Shown here: positions 11,339 to 20,000 of the stretch, in pieces
Numbering within the stretch: position 1 is the first letter of the stretch
Layout of the letters: every line of letters starts with the position of its first letter
Translations under genes and position numbers: made by a program
The notes under the pieces: model-generated
Seen by the model: the letters and a program-made list of their open reading frames with translations, nothing else
Told to the model about the DNA's origin: nothing
The model's database searches: none
From: Elsinoe ampelina
Lineage: Eukaryota
NCBI GenBank assembly: GCA_010093995.1
Contig: ML992513.1
Location: forward strand, 286,143 to 306,142
Direction of reading: 5' to 3'
Length of the DNA stretch: 20,000 bases

Positions 11339-12510
11339 GACTTAGAGTTATTAGACTTGTCTATAGTAGTAACCTTATACACTGCCTAAGACTCGCTATT
11401 CTTCTATAGGTGCTTCGACTTATACTCCGGCTTAATATAACTAGTTTTACTACAACTATAGTACTTAGCGTTTCTCTTCTACTTATCGAAGGAACCTCCT
11501 TACCTACTAAACTATTTAGTAGGTAAGTTAGTAGCTTTACGCTTATAGTAAGCTTAAGAGCTACTACTAGACTAGTAGTAGTATTCTTCTCGAGAGCTAC
11601 TATAACTACTATACTTACGTAGGTAGTTACTTTTATCTTTCTATATAGTATACTTACTACTAGTATAGTCTATAGACTTAATACGTAAGCCTAAAGAGAC
11701 TAACTTCTAGCACGTAGCTAGAATAGTATAGTGTTTAATAATAGTAGTACGTAGCATAGGCTATAGCTTAGTAAGGAGATAGTATACCCTCTACTCTTTA
11801 GAGTAGAGAGCTAGTTACTTCTTAAGGGTAGTAAGTTCTAAGGCGAAGGCCTAGATAGATTAGCCCTTATATTGTTAGGCTCCCTTATATATAAGAGTTA
11901 TACGCACTCTACGATTAATAGGGTTATTAACTGCGTTCTATATAAACTAGCGGAATTACTCCTACGTATAGTCTTCTAGGCTATCTATATAGTAGTAGTA
12001 GTACTATATCTTATCTAGCTCGCCTATAAGGAATATAACTTTATATAGCACCTTCTACTAGTTAGTAGAATAAGCCTTAGGGGCTAGAGTAAAGATAACC
12101 TCGAGATTCTTTAGGAAGGATCTTACCTCTTTTAGAGTCTTACTCTAGTAGAGATAGAGTTCCCTTAATCGAGGTTGTCTAGAGAATAGCCTTACGAATA
12201 GTCCGCCGCTACTATATATACTCTATATGCTAGTATTACTTACTATAGGCTTAGTAGAAGCACGCGAGCTATAGTCGAAGCCTCCTTAGTAGTATTCTAT
12301 ATCGCGTATATAGTGTATTTACTTAATCTCTTCCTCGAGGCTCTAAGCCTTAAGCTTTAGCTCTAAATACTTATACTTAGCATATAGGTGTAGTAGCTAC
12401 TCCGTAAGGGTCTCTTCTTTCTCTAGGGGAGTCTACTCGATAGAGTCTATCTCTATAACATTAATTACGTAAGGTACTAGCGCCTCGCTAATAGAGTTCT
12501 AGTTGTCTAT
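11302..12510 (-). pseudogene. gag: G1 gag
   Basis: ATA (RIPed ATG) at 12510 is in frame with the zinc knuckle K[C]YSC[G]KT[GH]IKPE[C] (~11420-11466) and with the slippery site G GGA AAC. Stop TAA at 11304-11302. Confidence 0.82.
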
Positions 12511-12550
12511 AGAGTCTAATAGATTACAACTGTAGGGGAGTAATTAGAAC

Positions 12551-12737
12551 TGTTAAAGCCTTATATTAAAGCTACATATATCGTAATATAGAGAACGCCT
12601 ATCTAACTAAATAGTCCGTTAGTAGTAGAACTAATTACTATTAAGCCCTAGGCGTAAGCGCTATATAGGATATTTAAGTATATTATATAAGCGGGACTAG
12701 CCGCTACTAAGTGCCGCTCTAATACTAAGCCCTTATA
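12551..12737 (-). repeat. 5' LTR of G1
   Basis: Starts TGTTAAAGCC on the plus strand and matches 6047-6233. Gag begins 41 nt inside it. Confidence 0.95.
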
Positions 12738-12742
12738 ACTCT

Positions 12743-13480
12743 AAACTATATAGATTAGTAGCCTATCTAATTAATAGAATACCTCTTAAGAAGCTAGACT
12801 AAAAGACTCTCTTTAAGCTAGTTTATAGATGTCCTCTATTAGTTACTTATCTTAGGCTACTTAGATATAAAGCTTATACTTTAGATAAGCTTATTATAAG
12901 TAGTAATAAGCTTATACTAAGGGCTTATATTAGCTATCTAGTTAGCTATAACTTAACTAACATCTTTAGGATCTTTATATTAGCCTCTAAGAAGGTTATT
13001 AGAATAAGAGATATTAGATTTAATAAAACTTCGTTCTATAAGCTAGAGGAATAACCTTAGCTAAAACTAATTAGATTACTTAATCTACTAAGGCTCCTAT
13101 AGGAGGTTAATAAATCTAAAGGAGTATATAAAGCAGAGAGAATAACTAAACTAAATCTAGTTTAGAATCTAGTTTAGAATCTAGTTTAGAATCTAGTTTA
13201 GCATCTAGTTTAGTATCTAGTTTAGAATCTAGTTTAGAATCTAGTTTAGTAGCCGAACTAGATACTATCTTAGACTCTAAGTTAGAGTAATCTAGATTAA
13301 GAGCTAAGCCTATCTTAGTAGCTAGATAAGAGTTACCCTATTATACTAGATTAGTTACTACCTCTATTAGACTAATTAGAAAAGGCTATTCTAGATCTAA
13401 ACCTAGCTTAGACCTAGGAATCTTTACTAAATAAATAGTTCTTTAATGCTCTAGCCTTACTACTATCTATAGTAGTATAG
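12743..13480 (+). pseudogene. Copia integrase C-terminal half and IN-RT linker (continuation of 4122-6046)
   Basis: Removing G1 plus one TSD copy rejoins ...GAA TTA TAC TCT|AAA CTA TAT AGA TTA GTA GCC TAT CTA ATT AAT AGA ATA CCT in frame (LPRELYPE...AAYLINRTP de-RIPed). Confidence 0.9.
13154..13249 (+). repeat. 12-bp minisatellite, 8 copies of (A/C/T)ATCTAGTTTAG, inside the copia IN-RT linker
   Basis: Directly visible tandem array. In the integrase frame it reads N-L-V-stop, i.e. RIPed (N/H)-P-V-Q. Confidence 0.95.
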
Positions 13481-13943
13481 TGTTACGAACTAGTAGGATA
13501 GCTAGAACGTAGGGACGTTAGGACTAATTAAGCTACTAAGATTATTACGTAACCTGGCCCGACATTTACCCGGTTCTCTATCTTCTCTAGCGGCTCTACC
13601 TCTAAAACTATAGAGCGCGTAGGTTACTAGTAGACGTGTACTCTATATTGCCCCCGACTCTCGCTACGAAGTATATAGAGCATACGGAGAACATAATAGA
13701 GAACACATATATATAGGAATAGTCCTTACCTTATGTAAGTACTATAGTTAACCTCGTCTAGATAGCGAACACTAGTATTACTAAGGCTAGCCTTTATAAT
13801 ACTATCTAATTGTACTTTATTATCTATAGGATATACCTTCTCCGACTCTTACCTTAGTACTATACTACTATAGAAGTAGAACTCCCTCGTTCTTAGCTTA
13901 GCTTAGACTACTAGTGTAGACTGTATTTAGACAGTTCGTAACA
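13481..13943 (+). repeat. 5' LTR of G2 (463 bp)
   Basis: Perfect 11-bp terminal inverted repeat TGTTACGAACT...AGTTCGTAACA. The copia frame is cut at 13480 and gag ATG lies 117 nt downstream. The partner LTR is not in the window. Confidence 0.88.
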
Positions 13944-14059
13944 TTTTAACTACCCTTACTATAGTATAGCACGCTATAAGGTTAATAAGTAACTCTCGCT
14001 CTAAGTTACTATTAGCATCTTCGATTACTAGTAAGCTAGGAAAGCTTACTATTAACGAC

Positions 14060-16045
14060 ATGTCTACTACTAGTTTAACCTCGGGCGAATATAGAAGGTC
14101 TCTTAGTATAGGGGAAGGACGGAGTAAGCCTAAGTTAGAGGTAGAACTCTTCTATAGGGACCGTGCCTACTTAAGGCGCTTCCTTGTTTAACTTAAAGCC
14201 TTCTTCGCTCTAGAGGGAGACAAGTACGCTAACGACGTAGCAAAGGTCCTCTATGCCGGGATACACCTTAAAGGCGCCGCCTTTAGGTAGTTTAAGCCTT
14301 ATATAAGTGGCTACCTAGATAGATAACTAGGCCTAGATATAAAGGCTATCTTTAAGAGCTTTAGTATCTTCTAGGCAAAGATTAAGTAAGTCTTTAACGT
14401 ATCTAATAAGGAACATGTCGCTACGACAAAGATCTAACAACTACGACAACGTAGGTCTATAGCCTAGTACTATTTCTAGTTCTAATAACTCGTAATGTAC
14501 CTAGACTAGAATAATAGTACTAAACATTTAGTATTCTACTAAGGACTAAGCGACTTAGTTAAAGACTAAATGATACTCGAGCTACCTAATAGCCTCTAAG
14601 AACTAGTAGATACCGTAATTGCTATTAATAACCGACTTTATAAACGACGTATAGAACGTTATAGAGGATATAAGGCAAACACTAGATATACGCGTTCCTC
14701 CCGAAACTATAGAGACCCTATAGAACTTAACGCTATACGCGAAGGTTGCCCCTTATAGGTATAAGGCTAAAGTTGTAGAGGAAAGTTCCTTAGTAGAAAA
14801 GAGAGAGAGAAGTATAGATAAGACAATCTATGTTTTAAGTGTAAAAGACTTAGGCATCGAGCTAGGGACTACCGACAAGGGGTACTAGCTAATAGATTAC
14901 ATATAATAGTTACTAGGCTAGTAGAGAAAAAGGCCGACACTACTATAGAAGACCTAACGACCTTTAGCGTAGGTAAGGAAATATAGAAGAAGTCTACGAC
15001 AACTCGAGAGGTAATAGAATCCTCTCCGGATGTTACGCTTAATATCTCTATAACTAACAGCGAATAACAAAGTTAATACGCAACGCTATTATAGATAGCA
15101 TATTATAATAACTCTTATTATATTTACTTATTAGACAAGTAGGGATCTAGTTAGTTCCTATATAAGCTATCTAAGCGTAGGTAACTAACGAAATAGCTAG
15201 ACTAGGAACTTAACCTAGAAGAGCTCTCTATAATTAGTAGTAACAGTAACTAACCTTAGAAGGTAGTTAGCGACAATTACTAATATACAATTATCGAGAC
15301 GAAGTATTAGGACGCGAGTGCTATATAATAATATAGTAGCCTTACCTTTAGCCTTTATAGCGAACTATAAGGAAAGGCAAATTATATATCGCTCTAGAAA
15401 TATACAAATCTAGATTGCGAATAGTACTATACTATTTACTTACACGATGTACTTAGAGAAGAGGCTATTAGTCTTAAATATACTACGGACTTCTCGGTAA
15501 TTGAAATAGGTAGTACTATTCCCTATAGCTAAGTACGGGAATGTACTTAGTATAGCCTTACTAACTATAACTATACTAGAGATAGTAGCGACGAAGAGGA
15601 ATATAACGAAGAATATGCCGAACAACTATAATATAACAACATAGATAACAATTTATCTAATAACAACAATAACGTACTACTATCGGGCAGACGACTTAAA
15701 GTATACCTTATAGGGATATAGAGAAACTATATAATAATATACACCTATTACTAGAATAGAACATAACAAGACAAATCTACTTAACCTACTTTCGTCTTTA
15801 ATGCTAATACCTAGCTACACCTAGAGGGAATAGTTATACTAATATAAGTATATAACACTACTTAGTGTAACTAATAGAGGATTATCGAACTTTACGGTCA
15901 TTAAGGAACTTAAGCACTAGAAGTCTACCTTGCTATGTTAAACAATAATAAGACACGACTAGCCTAATAGGTATAATATTAATAATAGATACGTGCGAGA
16001 AGGGATTAACTACTTATCTAAGGCGCTATAATGACAAAAAACTAG
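14060..16045 (+). pseudogene. gag: G2 gag with a long C-terminal extension (~660 codons)
   Basis: ATG 14060; ELFY[G]DRA...LRRFL...KVLYAG...LKGAAFR[W]F capsid-type motif; zinc knuckle CFKCKRL[G]HRARD[C] at 14831-14872. The same frame ends ...ACA AAA AAC TAG at 16045. Confidence 0.85.
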
Positions 16046-19000
16046 CTAGTTATCGCCTAACAAGGCAAGACAATAACACTAGCTAAAGCCTTAATATAAT
16101 AAAGATCTACACGTTAAATTACTTTATACTAGAAGTTAAAATATAAGGGAGTAAGGTAAGAGTAATAATAGATTCGGGAGCTAACTAAAGCTACGTCTCT
16201 ATAATAGTTACTAATTAGCTTAAACCTTATTAACACTAGAAGGAGTTACCTTACCTACTTACTATAGCGGATAGAACCCCTATAGGGAAGGATAGGAAAG
16301 TTACTTAGGAACTACGAAACGTTATAATCTAAATCGAAACATATACGGAAAAACAATTAATCGATATAGTTAACATGTAGTATAATATAGTACTTAGCAT
16401 AGACTAGCTACAACAATATAACCTAGACGTGGACTAGATTAAAGAAACACTTGAATTTCCTAAGTGTAATTATAGAACGTAGGGAGCATAATTAGCTCTA
16501 TAGATACTAACTATAAGGACAGTATAGGTACGACTAATAGTTAGAGCTATCGCTAGCATAAGTAATTAAGTACTTCCGCTAGAATACAAAGACTTCGAGG
16601 ACTTGTTTAAAGAAAGAGAAGGCATTACGGCCTTACTCTAACATAAACTATAGAATTACGAAATACTCTTTAAAGAGAGTAAACCCCCGACACACTATTA
16701 AGGTCTTATACTACTATCGAAACAAGAGGAGGACGTCCTTAAGAACTATATTAATAAGTACTTACTTAAAGGATTTATACAACTATTAAAATCACCTATT
16801 GCGTACGGAGTGCTTTTTGTACCTAAAAAGGATAGAACGTTACGAATATATATTAATTACTAGAAACTTAATGCACTTACTAGGAAGAATTACTATCCTC
16901 TACTAAGGATCGACGAACTTTAAGACCGACTACTTAGAGCTAAATAGTTTACCGTAATTGACATTAGGGACGCCTATTATTAAGTATAAATAAAGGAGAG
17001 CAAGGAGTAGAAGACGGCTTTTAGGACATAATAGAGTCTATATAAGTACCTTATTATACCCTTTAGGTTAACTAATACTCCTATAACCTTCTAAGAGTTA
17101 ATTAATAACACTCTATAAGAATACCTTAATAACTTTATCTTAGTATATTTAGACAATATTATTATCTTCTTAAAGATATATAACAAACACGTAGGACATG
17201 TTCGTAAAGTGCTATAGAAACTAAAAGAAAAAGACCTACTAGTAAAACTCTCTAAGTATAAGTTCTATAAATATAAGATATAATTTCTAAGCTATATTAT
17301 ATCTACTAATAGTATCGGACTCGATCCGAAGAAGATTAAGTTAGTAAATAACTAGCCGGAACCTACGATAGTTAAGGAGGTTTAAGCGCTACTAGAGTTC
17401 TTTAACTACTACTATAAGTTTATAGAAGGATTCTCTAAGGTAGCTACGCTAATATCTAACCTTACGAAAAAGGAAACTAGCTTTGTCTTTAACGAGAGAT
17501 ATAGGTAGGCCTTTAAGGAGCTAAAGCTTAGGCTTATAATAGCACCTATCCTAGTACTCTTCGACCTAGACCGACAAGTACTACTAGAAATAGATGCCTT
17601 AGACTTTGCAATAGAAGCGTATCTAGCGTAGAAGAATATAGAAGGACGACGCTACCCGATCGTATACTACTTACGAAAAATGACTAGACCTAAACTTAAC
17701 TACGACATATACAATAAGGAATTACTTACGATTATAGAAGCGTTCTACGAATAGAGAGTATACCTAGAAGGGACAACCTTACCTATATAAGTCTATACCG
17801 ACTATAAGAACCTTCTATATTAGACAATAACTAAGGTTCTTAATAGACGACAGGTTCGATAGTTAGAAACACTTGTAAGCTATAACTTCTAGATCTACTA
17901 TATTAAGGGATTAGAGAATAGCGGAGTAGACGCTCTTAGCTGCCGGCTAGATTACTTAAAAAACATAACAATAATAGAGGCCTCTATACTAAAGTAGTAA
18001 GACGGCGCTTTAGTCTATAAGTACCTAAAGGTAAAGTAGTTATATAGCCTTACCTAGGAGCTTACGTAAGAACAGAAAAAAGAAGTTATTTAAATATACT
18101 ATAATAACCTAACTATAGGACATAGTAGGATTAATAAGACTATTAAACTTATTATACGAAACTACCTCTAGAAAGAACTCCAAAACGATGTTAAGATGTA
18201 TATCGCTATATACGATATATACTATAAGTCTAAACACTCTCGATATAAACTATATAGCCTACTATAACCCTTGCTACTACTAGACAAACTATAGCAATCA
18301 GTTACGATAGACTTTATAGGACCTCTACTACTATTAGAAGAACCTCTTATAGGTATAAAGTACAATAGTATTCTAGTCCTAGTAGATAGGTTTACGAAGT
18401 ATTACTACTTTATACTATATAAGACAATAGTAACCGCCGAGAATATAGCCTTTACCTTCCTCCGAATAATTGTTTTATAACATAGAGTACTACGAGACCT
18501 AATAACTAACAGGGATAAGCTATTTACGTCATAATTCTAGTAATTATTTATAGACCTACTAGGAGTTAAACATAAGCTATTAACCTCCTTTTACCTATAA
18601 ACGGACGGACAAACTAAATAGGCAAATTAAGTACTAGAGTAGTACCTACGATGCTACCTAAACTATAAGTAAGACTTATAGGCGACGCTATTACTACTCG
18701 TAGAGCTCGCTATTAACAATAGAAAGTTAGTAAATAGAATTTTACTATTCTATATAAACTATAGAATATACCTGGATCTATACTATAACACACTTAGAAT
18801 TAAGCTAGTATCTAAGGATGCTAATATACTAGTAGCTAATATTAAGAAACTATATAACTAGCTATACTACGATATAGTATTTATATTACAAAGAATAGCA
18901 AAGTTTGCTAACTAGAAGAGAATTACAGGACTAATTCTATAGAAGAGAGAGAAAGTTTACCTCCTTAGTAAAAATATTAAAACGAAATAACTAAGCAAGA

Positions 19001-19415
19001 AACTTAACTATACTAAACTAGGACCCTTTAAGATCCTAGAAAAGAAAAATAAGAATATATACAAACTAGAACTACTAAGATATATAAGGATCTACCTAGT
19101 CTTTTATATATTACTACTAAAGAAAGTACTATAGAATGCTATACCTAGACCTATTAAACTAGATAAAGAAACATAGGAGCCATAGTATAAGATTAAAAGG
19201 GTTTTACGTTATAAACTTATAAAAGGAAAACGCTACTATCTTATTTACTAGAAGGAACATTAGTATAGCGAAGTAACATAGGAACTAGAGAAGCACCTTA
19301 CCTCGTAAGTAATTCTAGATTACTAGATCGAGAATCTATCCTAAGTAAACTAACTAGACAGACCTAGCACTCTAAACACTAAATAAAAACGAGAATACTT
19401 AAGGAAGACTACTTA
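16036..19415 (+). pseudogene. pol: G2 pol (protease, RT, RNase H, integrase, chromodomain)
   Basis: IDSGA (16168-16182), IDIRDAY (~16957-16977), YLDN = YLDD (17146-17157), LE[T]DA[S]DFA (~17584), NYDI[HD]KELL (17698), T[M]DF (18304), FHPQTDGQTE de-RIPed (18589-18618), GPF (19021), chromodomain Y[E]I[E]RVL...YLI[HW]KE...T[W]E[P]EKHL (19186-19299). The motifs I frame-checked share one frame. The end is approximate. Confidence 0.95.
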
Positions 19416-19961
19416 ACTAACAGGAGCGCTCTAATTATTACTAAATAAGGAACCTTAATTAGAGTCGAGCATAAATAACTACTAATCCTATAGTAGAACG
19501 GGATCTACCGACAATAGTATTTCCTCTTACTCTAGAACTTAAATACGGGTTTCCTCTAGAGAGATTACTTTCTCCGCCTTGTTCTCTAACTTTTATATCT
19601 CTTTACATAGGTAAAGCTTATTGCCTATAGCTCTTTAATAAGCCTCTTTTGCCTTTTTATAAGCTTCTTTAGCTTCCCTTCTAGTAGCCTTAGCTATAAC
19701 TAATTCCTTTCGTAAACGAATGTACTTAGACTAGAGACACTACTATTTTAATTTTGTTACTTAAATATTATAACTCGAGTAATTACTTACAACACACTAG
19801 CTATAGATACTCGACCGAACATAGACCTTATAGTCTAGCCCCTTCGATTTGCAACGAGAATAAGCCTATAGTATATTAGTTCTAAATAGTTTAATAAACT
19901 CTAAGAGATTCTTTCGTATAGATGTGCTAGATTCGCTATGCCTTTAACAACTAGGAGGCAT
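19413..19961 (-). pseudogene. Antisense accessory ORF inside G2: Zn2Cys6-like cluster plus coiled coil, ~180 aa; RIP-damaged
   Basis: Intact ATG at 19961 (MPPS...). 19862-19770 reads [C]SRCKSKGLD[C]KVYVRSSI[C]S*CVVSNYSS[C], where each [C] is TAT (TGT after RIP reversal), giving C-x2-C-x6-C-x8-C-x2-C-x7-C. An A/E/K/R-rich helix follows (RLRKELVIAKATRREAKEAYKKAKEA...KLENKAEKVISLEETRI). The stop position is approximate. Confidence 0.8.
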
Positions 19962-20000
19962 ATTTAGTACATAGCGCGTAAAGACAAGAAAGAATACTTA

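Larger units (their letters stand above)
6047..12737 (-). mobile_element. Full-length Ty3/gypsy chromovirus (element G1), 6691 bp, RIP-inactivated, 5-bp TSD ACTCT (6042-6046 and 12738-12742)
   Basis: Two 187-bp direct repeats and an identical ACTCT flank on each side. Minus-strand order is gag-PR-RT-RNaseH-IN-chromodomain, with a PPT next to the 3' LTR. Confidence 0.96.
3750..13480 (+). mobile_element. Ty1/copia LTR retrotransposon, heavily RIP-mutated host of two nested gypsy insertions. Visible pieces are ~3750-6046 and 12738-13480; RT/RNase H is expected beyond the window
   Basis: De-RIPed translation gives gag-like ILATSAEWASWL...IWDLIDP...HPWAILRALKNRFAP (4122-4606), a protease C-terminus (EVAYMPSIMTNLVS, ~5200-5245), WHKVM and CQTC zinc-finger residues (~5460-5595), then integrase core FLRSDDE...SYTQAQNG...ANLPRELY|PE...AAYLINRTP...WKTPFE...LGCKAY...RAHIGYLVGYDSTNIFRI...RTRDVRFDE. 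The PR-IN order is copia-type. The left boundary is approximate. Confidence 0.88.
3750..20000. other. AT-rich RIP-mutated repeat block
   Basis: Extreme TpA excess and CpA/TpG depletion. Conserved Trp/Gln codons are converted to TAG/TAA, and Cys/His/Asp/Met to Tyr/Tyr/Asn/Ile. Confidence 0.97.
13481..20000 (+). mobile_element. Ty3/gypsy chromovirus (element G2), different family from G1, RIP-inactivated, 3' end outside the window
   Basis: 5' LTR followed by gag, a -1 frameshift site and PR-RT-RNaseH-IN-chromodomain. Its LTR shows no visible similarity to the G1 LTR. Confidence 0.95.

Noticed and set aside
13154..13249. Repeat array as a CRISPR or telomeric repeat
   Set aside because: No spacers, eukaryotic context, not TTAGGG-based, and in frame within the copia polyprotein.
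13481..13943. 463-bp unit with 11-bp terminal inverted repeats as a MITE or solo LTR
   Set aside because: TG...CA ends, non-matching flanks (TATAG versus TTTTA) and gag immediately downstream identify it as the 5' LTR of G2.
15440..15625. 61-aa hydrophobic minus-strand ORF resembling a membrane or signal peptide
   Set aside because: It is the reverse complement of the acidic tract in G2 gag, so the hydrophobicity is an artefact.
3750..20000. Alternative genetic code or stop-codon readthrough suggested by the many in-frame TAG/TAA
   Set aside because: The stops coincide with both Trp and Gln positions and accompany C-to-Y, H-to-Y, D-to-N and M-to-I changes, all explained by RIP transitions. 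The adjacent host genes use the standard code.

Overview
Fungal (Pezizomycotina, RIP-competent) genomic DNA with a sharp compositional boundary near 3750. Positions 1-3750 are GC-balanced and genic: the 3' end of a probable fungal transcription-factor-like gene (+) and an MFS sugar-porter gene (-) whose true N-terminus lies behind a probable GC-AG intron. Positions ~3750-20000 are AT-rich, TpA-saturated, RIP-mutated retrotransposon DNA with a 498-nt N gap. Reversing RIP by eye (TA to TG or CA) resolves a nest. An older Ty1/copia element (+) is split in its integrase by a complete chromodomain Ty3/gypsy element (6047-12737, minus, 187-bp LTRs, ACTCT target-site duplication). The same copia is interrupted again at 13481 by a second, different chromovirus (+) that runs off the window. 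The main observation is invisible in the ORF track: both gypsy elements carry an antisense accessory gene downstream of pol, encoding a six-cysteine Zn2Cys6-like cluster followed by a helical region. The copy in the first element appears to contain two spliceosomal introns. All reconstructions were done manually and no database searches were run.
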